From positions 21,125 to 85,124 of the forward strand of contig CAZOQA010000002.1 of assembly GCA_964581775.1 (NCBI GenBank): DNA of 64,000 nucleotides, written 5' to 3'. The notes under the pieces were generated by a model. It was given only the letters and a program-made list of their open reading frames with translations, searched no databases and had not been told where the DNA came from. This stretch comes from an uncultured Thermoplasmatales archaeon (GTDB taxonomy: Archaea > Thermoplasmatota > SW-10-69-26). Shown piece by piece: positions 18,130 to 26,913 of the stretch (within the stretch, counting starts at the first letter, position 1; every line of letters begins with the position of its first letter). Both the position numbers and the translations under genes were made by a program.

Positions 18130-18850
18130 GGAGGTGCTTGGGGGCTTCCCGGTCCTCGTCCGTGGACTCGATGCGTTCCGAGATGCCGCCCTCGTCCAGC
18201 CGGACGAGGCGGTCGGAGATCTCCCAGGCGACGTCGAGGTTGTGCTCGACGATGACGACCGTCATGTTCGTCTCCTCTTGGAGAACGCGCAGGGAGTCGA
18301 TCACGGTCTGCGCGGTCTCGACGTCCAGCTCGGAGAGGATCTCGTCGGCGAGCAGGATCCGGGGACGCTGGACGAGGGCGCGAGCGATGGCGACGCGCCG
18401 TCGTTGACCTCCGCTTAGCTCCTTGACGCGCGAGGAGACGACCTCGTCGAGGCCGATCTTGTCGAGGGCTCGGCGTGCTTCGTGGCGGGCCTTGCGCGGG
18501 AACAGGCCCAGCGCGCTTCGCAGGGACCCGAGGCCGGATAGGGTGCCGTGGAGCACGTTGCGCAGGGCGGTCTCGTGCTCGACGAGGCCTAGGTTCTGGG
18601 GGATGTACCCGAGCTGGCCGGAGGGGGGTGCATCGGGGAGGGTGGATCCGAGCACGTTCGCGTCCCCGCCGAGGGGGGCAAGGATGCCGGCCAGCGTTTT
18701 GAGGAGCGTCGTCTTCCCGCATCCGCTGGGTCCCACGAGGCCTAGCGTCTCGCCGGCGTCGACCTCGAACGAGACCCCCTCGAGCACGGGCGACTGCTTG
18801 TACCCGACGCAGAGGCGTTCGCACGTGACGAGGGGGTCGTTCGGGGGCAT
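18119..18850 (-). CDS. phnC: ABC transporter ATP-binding protein, PhnC type
   Basis: Walker A GPSGCGKTT, signature LSGGQRRRVAIARAL and Walker B ILLADE. The start is placed at ATG 18850 (MPPNDPLV); the upstream part of ORF 18119..19135 is junk. It overlaps phnE by 11 nt. Confidence 0.85.
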   Translation of the reverse strand: MPPNDPLVTCERLCVGYKQSPVLEGVSFEVDAGETLGLVGPSGCGKTTLLKTLAGILAPLGGDANVLGSTLPDAPPSGQLGYIPQNLGLVEHETALRNVLHGTLSGLGSLRSALGLFPRKARHEARRALDKIGLDEVVSSRVKELSGGQRRRVAIARALVQRPRILLADEILSELDVETAQTVIDSLRVLQEETNMTVVIVEHNLDVAWEISDRLVRLDEGGISERIESTDEDREAPKHLHAR

Positions 18851-18855
18851 CGAGG

Positions 18856-19851
18856 TCAGGTCCAGGTCTTCTCTTCGAAGTAGTCTTGGATGCCGGGGAT
18901 GTTCTCGACGAGGTCGCCGTACCCGCCGAGGTGGCCTTCCGTGTCGACGTGCTTGATCGCGGGCGTGTTGAGCACGTCTTCGAGCACGGTTTGCCCGTCG
19001 CCGTCGTTGAGGGACAGGAGCCCGTACTTGAGCAGGGCGCGGTCCTCGAGCGGGAGGTCGGGGTTGACCATGACGGGGTGGCTGGGTACGCGGGCGAAGG
19101 TTTCGAGGACGCGGTACTCGTCGCGGTCCAGGCACCAGTCGGGTGCGTCGTCAGGCTGGCAGTACTCCTCCCAGGTTGTGTCGCGCACGAAGGCGACATC
19201 GCCGCGCTCGTCGCTGAGGCACTGGAAGGCGCCTTGGTACCCGCCGCCGACGACGGGGTCTTCGAAGTATTGCTCGCGGGCTTGCTGCAGGGCGGTGAGG
19301 TCGTCGGGGAGCTCGCTCGTGTCGATGAGCCCGTTCTCGAAGAGGTAGCCCATGGGCATGAGCGTGCCGGAGCTGCCGAGCTCGCTGGTGTGGCAGCTTC
19401 GGGCGCCTTCGAGGTCGGCCATGGTCTCGTAGGGGGAGTCGGCGTGGACCCAGGCGGCGGCGACGTAGTAGGTGCGCCCGTCGGCCTTGGCGTCGGCGGC
19501 GATGGCTTCGAGGCCGAGCTGTTGCCAGGCTACCCAGGCGGCGCCGCCGTCGAGGAACGCGGCGGTCGCGTCGCCGGTGGCGACGGCGGCGGTGGCGGCG
19601 CTTTCGTCCTGCACGGGCACGATCTCGACCTCTCGTTGGGTGGCTTCGGAGAGCTCGTCGGCGAGGGGTTGGGTGTCGTCGACGAACTGGTCGAAGTCGT
19701 CTTTGACGCTGAAGGCGAGCTTGAAGGGTTCTTCCGTGTCGCCCTCGGCCGTGTTGGCGGGGTCTTCCCCGGTGCCGGGGGCGACGCATCCAGCGATCAT
19801 GACGACGGCTCCGATCAGCGTGAAGAGCATGGTTCGGCGGTGCATTCGCAA
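18856..19851 (-). CDS. Lipoprotein substrate-binding protein of the ABC system, PhnD-superfamily with transferrin-like Fe-ligand signature
   Basis: Lipobox VVMIAGC. Blocks FLDGG, TYYVAAAWV, RSCHTSELGSSG, GGYQGAFQCLSDERGDVAFVRDTT and RVPSHPVMV match transferrin N-lobe ligand blocks (see findings). Confidence 0.8.
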   Translation of the reverse strand: MRMHRRTMLFTLIGAVVMIAGCVAPGTGEDPANTAEGDTEEPFKLAFSVKDDFDQFVDDTQPLADELSEATQREVEIVPVQDESAATAAVATGDATAAFLDGGAAWVAWQQLGLEAIAADAKADGRTYYVAAAWVHADSPYETMADLEGARSCHTSELGSSGTLMPMGYLFENGLIDTSELPDDLTALQQAREQYFEDPVVGGGYQGAFQCLSDERGDVAFVRDTTWEEYCQPDDAPDWCLDRDEYRVLETFARVPSHPVMVNPDLPLEDRALLKYGLLSLNDGDGQTVLEDVLNTPAIKHVDTEGHLGGYGDLVENIPGIQDYFEEKTWT

Positions 19852-19865
19852 CTACCTCGGGCCTT

Positions 19866-19885
19866 GTTTTAGGCGGCCCTAAAAC
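19866..19885. promoter_or_regulatory. Perfect 8-4-8 inverted repeat GTTTTAGG-cggc-CCTAAAAC overlapping the putative TATA box of the phn-like operon
   Basis: Read directly from the sequence. The right arm on the minus strand (GTTTTAGG) starts 33 nt upstream of the ATG at 19851. The left arm lies between the box and the start. Confidence 0.4.
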
Positions 19886-20016
19886 CGGAACGAGGTCGGT
19901 CCCACAAAAGCGTTGCCCCGTCAAAACCGGGTTTTGAGCTGCTCTCGCACGGGACGCCCTGGCAAGGGAACCGGGGGTGCGCGCAGGCCAGCTGGCTCGG
20001 GCCGCATCCCCTAGGG

Positions 20017-20022
20017 TTTAAG
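20017..20022 (+). promoter_or_regulatory. TATA-like box (TTTAAG) for 20046..20402
   Basis: First T is 29 nt upstream of the GTG at 20046. Confidence 0.4.
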
Positions 20023-20045
20023 CCGGACGTCGGCATGGCGCCGGC

Positions 20046-20402
20046 GTGACCCCCCAGGGCTCGACCGAGGACGAGGAGGAGATCACGCTCCCCGAGCCCG
20101 ACTTCGACGAGCAGGAGTACATGCTCGAAGAGGTCCAGAAGGGCAAGATGGCCGTCGTCAACACCGGGTACGGGATCCTCCTGGCCGCGGTCACGGTGGC
20201 GGCGCAAGCGCTCTTCGAGGTCACGCCCCGCGTCGGATGGGGCATCCTCGCGCTGGGCGGCCTGGGGTTGCCCACGCTGTACCGTCTGGTCGACGTGGAC
20301 GTCCCCGAGTGGGGGTTCAAGGAAATCGCCTCCGCGGGCATCACGCTGTTCTTCTCGTTCCTGGCCTTCTGGTACATCTTCTCCAACCCGCCCTTCGTGT
20401 GA
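20046..20402 (+). CDS. Small membrane protein (acidic N-terminus + 3 predicted TM), unknown function
   Basis: 118 aa. Hydrophobic stretches AVVNTGYGILLAAVTVAA, GWGILALGGLGLPTLY and AGITLFFSFLAFWYIF. The promoter geometry fits. Confidence 0.6.
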   Translation: MTPQGSTEDEEEITLPEPDFDEQEYMLEEVQKGKMAVVNTGYGILLAAVTVAAQALFEVTPRVGWGILALGGLGLPTLYRLVDVDVPEWGFKEIASAGITLFFSFLAFWYIFSNPPFV

Positions 20403-20452
20403 CCCGCTCGGCCGGTCGCAACCTTTTCGACCCTCCCACCGTTGCGTCTCAC

Positions 20453-22333
20453 ATGATTCAGAACGTGGCCGTGCTCGGAGCCGGCACGATGGGCGCCGGC
20501 ATCGCGCAAGCGTGCGCGCAAGCCGGGCTCGAGGTCCAGCTCCGCGACGTCGAAGAATCCTACCTTGAGACCGGCATCAAGCGGCTCCGTGAACCGCTGG
20601 AAGAGCGCGTCGAGCAAGGCAAGACCACGCGCGAAGACGTCGACGCGATCTTCGCCCGCATCAACCCGACCACCGACCTCGAGCAAGCCGTCCAGGACGC
20701 GGACCTGGTCATCGAGGCCATCCCCGAGGACCTCGAGCTCAAGCACGAGGTCTTCGAAGAGGTCGACGCGTTGGCCCCCGAGGACGCGATCCTCGCCACG
20801 AACACGTCCTCGCTTCGCGTCCAGGACATCGCCGAGGCCACCGACCGGCCCGACCGGCTCGCGGGGCTGCACTTCTTCTACCCCGCCCAGATCAACAAGC
20901 TCTTGGAGGTCGTCGTGCCCGAGGACACCTCCCGCGAGGTCCACGAGGAGCTTGTCCGCTTCGGGCACGCCATCGGGAAGGTCCTCGTCGAGACCGACGA
21001 CAGCCCCGGGTTCTGCGTGAACCGGTTCTTCGTGCCCTGGGTCAACGAAGCCGTGCGCCTGCTCGACGAGGACATCGCGGACATCGCCACCATCGACGCG
21101 GCCGCGCAACGCGCCTTCAGCGTCCCCATGGGCCCCTTCGAGCTCATGAACGAGACCGGCGTCGCCATCAGCCTGCACGCGCAACGTTCCCTGCACGAGG
21201 CCTTCGGGGCCTTCTACGAGCCCGCCGACGGGCTCGAGCGCCAGGTCGAAGAGATCGGCGAGGACTGGGAGCGGGACGGCATGCCGGACGAGGACGCCTA
21301 CGAGGCCGTGGCGCGACGGTTGAAGGCGGTCACGTTCGCCGTGGCCGCGCAGCTCGTCGACGAGGGCGTCGCCTCCGCCGTGGACACGGACAAGGGCGCC
21401 GTCGTCGGGCTCGCCTGGAAGAAAGGACCCTTCGCCCTGATGAACGAGAAAGGCCCCCAGCACGCCCTTGAGCTCGTCGAAGAGCTCAGCCAAGACTGGG
21501 GAAGCGCCCTCCCCGTGCCCGACCTGCTCGAAGAGCACGCCCAACAAGGCGAGCCCTTCGAGCTTCCCACCGTGGACGTCTCCGTGGAAGGCCCCGCAGC
21601 CATCCTGCGCATCCAGCAACCCGCCACGCGCAACGCGTTGAGCACGCGCGTGCTCGAGGACCTCGACGCCGCCATCACGCACGCCGAAGGCTCCCAAGCA
21701 CGCTGCATGGTGCTCACCGGCGAATCCACCACGTTCGTCTCCGGCGCGGACATCGCCGAGATGAAGACCAAAGACCCCGATGATGCCCGCGAGTACGCCC
21801 GACTGGGCCAACGCGTCAGCCGACGCTTCGAGCAAAGCGATCTGCCCGCCATCGCGGCCGTGAACGGGTACGCGTTCGGCGGGGGCCTCGAGATCGCGCT
21901 AGCGTGCGACGTGATCCTCGCAGCCCAGGACGCCACGCTGGGCCTGCCCGAGACCAGCCTGGGCATCCAGCCCGGGTTCGGAGGCACGCAACGGTTGCCC
22001 AAACACGTCGGGCTCCAACGCGCCAAGCAGCTCGTCTTCACCGCGGACCGCATCAGCGGGAACGACGCCGAGCGCATCGGGCTCGCGCTCAAGGCCGTCC
22101 CGCGCGCCGAGCTGCTCGACGAGGCCCAAGCCCTCGCCGGGCGCATCGCGCAGAACGCGCCCCTGGCCGTGGCGAACGCCAAGCGCTGCATCGAGGACGG
22201 CTACGAGGCCCCCCTCGAGGAAGGCCTCGAGCTCGAGCTCGAGGAAAGCTCCAAGCTCTTCGGGACCGAGGACCAGGTCGAGGGCATGGAAGCGTTCCTG
22301 GCGCGGCGCAAGCCCGAGTTCGAGGGCCGCTGA
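20453..22333 (+). CDS. Fused 3-hydroxyacyl-CoA dehydrogenase / enoyl-CoA hydratase (FadB-like, HCDH N-terminal)
   Basis: Start placed at MIQNVAVLGAGTMGAGIA (NAD Rossmann motif). The C-terminal crotonase fold shows VNGYAFGGGLEIALACD. Confidence 0.85.
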   Translation: MIQNVAVLGAGTMGAGIAQACAQAGLEVQLRDVEESYLETGIKRLREPLEERVEQGKTTREDVDAIFARINPTTDLEQAVQDADLVIEAIPEDLELKHEVFEEVDALAPEDAILATNTSSLRVQDIAEATDRPDRLAGLHFFYPAQINKLLEVVVPEDTSREVHEELVRFGHAIGKVLVETDDSPGFCVNRFFVPWVNEAVRLLDEDIADIATIDAAAQRAFSVPMGPFELMNETGVAISLHAQRSLHEAFGAFYEPADGLERQVEEIGEDWERDGMPDEDAYEAVARRLKAVTFAVAAQLVDEGVASAVDTDKGAVVGLAWKKGPFALMNEKGPQHALELVEELSQDWGSALPVPDLLEEHAQQGEPFELPTVDVSVEGPAAILRIQQPATRNALSTRVLEDLDAAITHAEGSQARCMVLTGESTTFVSGADIAEMKTKDPDDAREYARLGQRVSRRFEQSDLPAIAAVNGYAFGGGLEIALACDVILAAQDATLGLPETSLGIQPGFGGTQRLPKHVGLQRAKQLVFTADRISGNDAERIGLALKAVPRAELLDEAQALAGRIAQNAPLAVANAKRCIEDGYEAPLEEGLELELEESSKLFGTEDQVEGMEAFLARRKPEFEGR

Positions 22334-22337
22334 CGCC

Positions 22338-22733
22338 TCACGCGGGCTCGCCCACGGGCGTCGCGTAGATCAACCACGCCCAGCCCGCCACGAACACGCC
22401 CTGCGCGAGCGCGTCCAGCAAGTACACCGCACCCACCGCGTTGGCCCCGTACCCGACCACGTCCACCAGGAAGAAGGCAAGAGCCGTGCCCAAGCCCAGC
22501 CACGCGGTCTCGCCCATGTGCCGACCGCGCACTGCAGCGGCCAGGAGCGTGACGCCGATCACGAGGGCAAGCAGCGCGACCGTGCGCACCAGCCACAGCT
22601 CTTCCTTGGGGCCCGTCACGGACAAGAACCCGTCCATCCACACCAGCGGCCAGATCCCGGTCAGGGTCAGGTAGGCTCCCTGCGCCATAGGCACCGCGTC
22701 CCACTTGCGCTCGTCGTCCGCCACCGGGATCAC
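22338..22733 (-). CDS. Membrane protein (4 predicted TM), unknown function
   Basis: 131 aa. The GTG start directly abuts the stop of the PAC2-like gene. Confidence 0.55.
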   Translation of the reverse strand: MIPVADDERKWDAVPMAQGAYLTLTGIWPLVWMDGFLSVTGPKEELWLVRTVALLALVIGVTLLAAAVRGRHMGETAWLGLGTALAFFLVDVVGYGANAVGAVYLLDALAQGVFVAGWAWLIYATPVGEPA

Positions 22734-23498
22734 CTAGTGGAACATGGCCAGCTCGTCCGAGGACTCCCCGGGGGCCTGAGCGCCGGAGCCGGTCTGCTGG
22801 ACCTGGTGGGCCACGTTCTGCTTCTGGCGGCGGATCTCCTCGGCGCGCTCCTGGAGCGTGGAGGTGTCGATGCTGAAGTCGACCAGCGGCTCGAGCGCGT
22901 TGTCGATGGCGGAGCGTGCCGCGCCGGGGTCGGGCAGGCGCGGGTTGGCCCTCACGATGAGCGCGATGGCGGGCACGTCGTGGTCGTGACAGGTGGACAA
23001 CAGCGCGCCGGTGGGCCCGCCGATGGCGCCGGCGCCTTCGGCGAGGTCGATGCCGGCTTTCTGAAGCTCGCCGCGTTGCGCGTCCGTGGTGGCGACGCCG
23101 TGCACGTCTCCGAGGGTTTCCTCGTTGGCGGCGGGGGCGCCGACGAGGAAGATGGCGCGGTCGAAGGAGGGGGAGAGGTCCTCGAACACGCAGCGGGCCA
23201 GCGAGCGCGTGGCTTCGCCGGGGGTGGGGATGTCGCTTTGCAGCGTCATCACGGGTGGGTCTTGGTTGGCGTACACGCGCACGAGGTCGCGGGTGCGTCC
23301 ATCGTGGAAGCTGGCCACGGGCGGGAAGGCTTCCGAGTGGATGTTGCCGTGGTGTTCGAGGCCGAGCTGGTCGGTGATCTCGTCCACGGCGATGCTGGCG
23401 ACGAGCCCCATCCCGGGGAGGCCTTCGATGAGGGTGGGTTGGGCGGTTTCGAGGTCGGTGAGGCGTTCGAACGAGCAGCGGGGAGCGTCTTCGTGCAT
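22734..23498 (-). CDS. Proteasome assembly chaperone family protein (PAC2/COG1938-like)
   Basis: LIEGLPGMGLVASIAVDEI is the typical N-terminal PAC2 motif. About 250 aa with an acidic C-terminal tail. Confidence 0.65.
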   Translation of the reverse strand: MHEDAPRCSFERLTDLETAQPTLIEGLPGMGLVASIAVDEITDQLGLEHHGNIHSEAFPPVASFHDGRTRDLVRVYANQDPPVMTLQSDIPTPGEATRSLARCVFEDLSPSFDRAIFLVGAPAANEETLGDVHGVATTDAQRGELQKAGIDLAEGAGAIGGPTGALLSTCHDHDVPAIALIVRANPRLPDPGAARSAIDNALEPLVDFSIDTSTLQERAEEIRRQKQNVAHQVQQTGSGAQAPGESSDELAMFH

Positions 23499-23519
23499 GG
23501 TTTCGTGTCTCCGGGTGGT

Positions 23520-25211
23520 TCAAGCGGTGAGGTGGTCGAGCACCTCGTCGAGGGGTCGCGTGTTGAGCACGTGATCGGGCGTGAGCCAGGCTTTGCGGGC
23601 TTGCGCGACGCCGAGGTGCAGGTTGTCCATCTGGTCGGTGCTGTGGGCGTCGGTGTTGATGACGAGGGGTACGCGTCCGCGGACCGCGTCTTTCGCGGGG
23701 CGCCAGGGGAGGTCCAGGCGACTGGGTTGGCTGTTGATCTCGAGCGCGACGTGGTTGTGGGCGGCGGCGTCGAGGATGCGGTCGATCTCGAGCGGGTTGG
23801 GGTCGCGTTTGCCGATGCGTCGGTTGGTGGGGTGGGCGAGGATGTCGACGGGGTCTTCGTGGAGCGCGTTCACGATGCGGTCGGTGGCGTGGGGGGTCTC
23901 GTCGTGGAGGCTGGCGACGACGAGGTCGAGCGGTTCGAGCACGTCGCGGGGGAGATCAAGGCGCCCGTCGGGCGTGATGTTGGATTCGATGCCGGCGAGG
24001 ACGGTGGCGTCGGCGTCCTTGTCGGCGGTGCGGATCTCGTCGATCACGCGTGGGATCTCGTCGGGGGTGGGTCCGTCGACGACGGAGGCGGGTCCGTGGT
24101 CGGTGATCAGCACGTACTCGTGGCCGAGCCGGTCGGCTTTCTGAGCCATCTCTTGCACCGTGGAGCGGCCGTCGCTGAAGCGCGTGTGCATGTGCAGGTC
24201 GCCGCGGAGGTCCTCGCGCGTGATGAGGGGGGGCAGTTTGCCGTCCGCGGCGGCTTTGACCTCGCCGGTGTCTTCTCTGATCTCGGGCGGGACGGGGTCC
24301 ATCTCGAGGGCCTTGTACACGTCGTGCTCGGTGGCGCCGGCCAGGCGGTCCCCGGTGGGGGTGAACAGGCCGTACTCGTTGAGCTTCCAGCCGTTCTTCT
24401 GGGCGCGTTTGCGAAGCTGGATGTTGTGGTCCTTGGATCCGGTGAAGTAGACGAGCGCGGCCCCGTACGCGTCGGGGTCCACGATGCGCAGGTCGACTTG
24501 CAGCCCGTTGCTCAGGCGGATGCTGGAGCGCGTGACGCCGTGGGCGAGGATCTCGTCCACGGTGTCCATGCCGACGAAGCGGCTCATGGCGTGCTCGGGA
24601 TGGGGGGCTTGTGCGAGCAGGTCGACGTCGCCGACGGTGGCGCGTCGGCGTCGTATCGAGCCGACCGGCGTGATCGTCTCGAAGGCGCCGGTGGTCTCGA
24701 GGCGCGTGACGAGGTCTTGGACGAGCGGGAGCGCCGTGCCAAGAAGCGTGCGCTGCTGGTCGGCGCGTGCTAGGCCCAGCGAGTCGAGGATCGCGTCCTG
24801 CAGGGCGTCCCCGAAGCCTTCGACGTCCGCGATCTTGCCTTCGCGGGCGGCTTCTTCGAGGTCTTCGAGGGTTCGGATGCCCAGAGCGTCGTGGAGGCGT
24901 TTTACGCGCTTGGGTCCGATGCGGTCGACGCGCGTGAGCGCTTTCATGTCCACGGGGGTCTCGCGTTTGATCTCGTCGCGGGCTTCCAGCGAGCCGTCTT
25001 CGAGGTACGTGGTGATATCGCGCGCGATCCCGTCCCCGATGCCGGGCAGGCTGGTCAGGTCCTCTTGCTTGGCCATCTCCTCGATGGCTTCGTCGAGGGC
25101 GCTGACCTGGTTGGCGGCGCGGCGGTATGCGACGGGCTTGTAGGGGACTTCCTCCATCTCGAGCAGGTCGGCGGTCTCCTCGAGGACGGTGGCGACCTCG
25201 GCGTTCCGCAT
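23520..25211 (-). CDS. polX: Family X DNA polymerase with C-terminal PHP domain (PolX)
   Basis: HhH motifs (LPGIGDGIA, RIGPKRVKRL), palm GSIRRRRATVGDVDLL, YFTGSKDHN, and PHP histidines (DLHMHTRFSDG). Confidence 0.9.
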   Translation of the reverse strand: MRNAEVATVLEETADLLEMEEVPYKPVAYRRAANQVSALDEAIEEMAKQEDLTSLPGIGDGIARDITTYLEDGSLEARDEIKRETPVDMKALTRVDRIGPKRVKRLHDALGIRTLEDLEEAAREGKIADVEGFGDALQDAILDSLGLARADQQRTLLGTALPLVQDLVTRLETTGAFETITPVGSIRRRRATVGDVDLLAQAPHPEHAMSRFVGMDTVDEILAHGVTRSSIRLSNGLQVDLRIVDPDAYGAALVYFTGSKDHNIQLRKRAQKNGWKLNEYGLFTPTGDRLAGATEHDVYKALEMDPVPPEIREDTGEVKAAADGKLPPLITREDLRGDLHMHTRFSDGRSTVQEMAQKADRLGHEYVLITDHGPASVVDGPTPDEIPRVIDEIRTADKDADATVLAGIESNITPDGRLDLPRDVLEPLDLVVASLHDETPHATDRIVNALHEDPVDILAHPTNRRIGKRDPNPLEIDRILDAAAHNHVALEINSQPSRLDLPWRPAKDAVRGRVPLVINTDAHSTDQMDNLHLGVAQARKAWLTPDHVLNTRPLDEVLDHLTA

Positions 25212-25227
25212 GGGGATCCAGGCGGGG

Positions 25228-25800
25228 TCACGTGGACTTTTGCTCGTGCTCGCGCTGCGTGTGGGGGGTCGTGATGGTCTTCGTCAACGAGGGGGGGTCT
25301 TGCTCGTCGGCGGCGTCGGGGTTGCGGATCTTTTGACCGATGCGTTTGGCGCCGGTGGGGACCTCGGTCTTCTCGGTGCTGGTGTGCGTGTAGTTGCGGA
25401 AGACCTCCTGGTTGAGGTTGTCCGCGACGACCGCGATGTCGTCGATGCTGACCAAGCCCACGAGCTCGTCTTCCTCGTTCACGATGGGCAGGCGGTTGGG
25501 CAGGCCCGCGCCGCGCATCGAGTGCAGCACGTCGAAGATGTCCGCGTCCATCGTGACGCGGGCGGGGCTTTCCGTCATGACCTTGGAGACGTCCGTCTCG
25601 GTGTCGACGCCGTGCGCGGCGACCTCGATCGCGATGTCTCGGTCGGTGAGGATGCCGGCCAGTTTGCCGTTCATCAGGGCCACGACGCTTCCCACCTGGT
25701 GTTCGTCCATCAGGCCGGCCGCGGCCCCGATGCTGTCGTCGACGCTCACGGTGACAGGCTCGCTGGTCATGAAATGCCGCACGTTCATGGGGGAATCCAC
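25228..25800 (-). CDS. CBS-pair domain protein
   Basis: Two CBS motifs (VRHFMTSEPVTV.., VSKVMTESPARV..LPIVNEEDELVGLVSIDDI). It ends 17 nt before the polX start. Confidence 0.8.
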   Translation of the reverse strand: MDSPMNVRHFMTSEPVTVSVDDSIGAAAGLMDEHQVGSVVALMNGKLAGILTDRDIAIEVAAHGVDTETDVSKVMTESPARVTMDADIFDVLHSMRGAGLPNRLPIVNEEDELVGLVSIDDIAVVADNLNQEVFRNYTHTSTEKTEVPTGAKRIGQKIRNPDAADEQDPPSLTKTITTPHTQREHEQKST

Positions 25801-25896
25801 CTGGCCTCGTTCAAAGCCTCAGGCGTAAAGGCCTGATTGGGACAACCATCGGGCCCGGTTCCAGCCCGCCCTCGTCCCGGGCCCTTGCCCCGTCGC

Positions 25897-25902
25897 TTTA
25901 AG
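25897..25902 (+). promoter_or_regulatory. TATA-like box (TTTAAG) for the SDR gene
   Basis: First T is 29 nt upstream of the ATG at 25926. Confidence 0.4.
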
Positions 25903-25925
25903 CGGGCCAGCGCGATGGGGGCCTG

Positions 25926-26912
25926 ATGGCGTCCTACTGGACGGACCGGCGCATCTTCCTCACCGGCGGGACGGGAGCCATCGGGAGCAAGCTGACCGAG
26001 CTCATGCTGGGCTTGGGCGCGGACGTGACCGTGCTCTCCCGGGACCCCGACCGCGCCGCGCACCTGGAACGCGAGGGCGCAACGCTCGTGCAAGGCGACA
26101 TCACGGACCCGGACGCGATCCCCATCGGGGACGTGGACGTGGTCGTGCACGCGGCCGCCTGGGTCGCGTACGGCATCCCCGAGACCAAGCGCGAGCTCTT
26201 CCGCCGCACCAACGTGGACGGCACCCGGCACGTCCTCCAGGCCGCCAAGGACGCGAACGCGAACCGGTTCTGCCACGTCTCCAGCGTGGCCGCGATCGGG
26301 CCCACGCCCGCGGGCCTCTACGGGGAAGACCGCGCCCACGAACGGCGCATCCCCCTCTACCAGAGCCTCTACGCCAAGACCAAGCACGAAGCCCACGTGC
26401 ACGTGCTCGAGGAGCACGAACCCCTTCGCGCCACGCTCGTGATGCCCAGCGTCGTGCTCGGGGAAGGCACGTTCACAGAGCCGCTGCTCAGGCGCTTCGC
26501 CGACGGGCTCACCTTCGGCGTCGACGGCGACGCGCCCACGGGGTTCGTGCACGTCGAAGACACCGTAGACGGGATCCTGGCCGCCATCGAGCACGGCGAA
26601 GGCCCCTACGTGCTCAACGACCGGAACCTGACCCTGCAAGAGCTGCTCGAGCTCTTCCAACAAGCAAGCGGCGAACCCGCCCCCACCCGGACCCTCCCCC
26701 TGGGCCTCGTCAAAGCCCTCGCGCGCCTCGTCGAGACCCCCTACCGCTGGGCCGGCAAGGTCCCCCCGCTGTCCACGGAGATCCTCGACAGCCTCGAGAA
26801 ACCCCACGCCTACAGCGCCGCCCGCGCCCACGAAGAGCTCGGGTTCACCCCCTCCCTCGAAGCCCACCTCTCCCGCGACTTCGACCGCATCCTCGACCAA
26901 CAGGAACCGTAA
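25926..26912 (+). CDS. NAD-dependent epimerase/dehydratase family (extended SDR) protein
   Basis: IFLTGGTGAIGSKL glycine motif and YAKTK (YxxxK). Confidence 0.8.
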   Translation: MASYWTDRRIFLTGGTGAIGSKLTELMLGLGADVTVLSRDPDRAAHLEREGATLVQGDITDPDAIPIGDVDVVVHAAAWVAYGIPETKRELFRRTNVDGTRHVLQAAKDANANRFCHVSSVAAIGPTPAGLYGEDRAHERRIPLYQSLYAKTKHEAHVHVLEEHEPLRATLVMPSVVLGEGTFTEPLLRRFADGLTFGVDGDAPTGFVHVEDTVDGILAAIEHGEGPYVLNDRNLTLQELLELFQQASGEPAPTRTLPLGLVKALARLVETPYRWAGKVPPLSTEILDSLEKPHAYSAARAHEELGFTPSLEAHLSRDFDRILDQQEP

Positions 26913-26913
26913 G

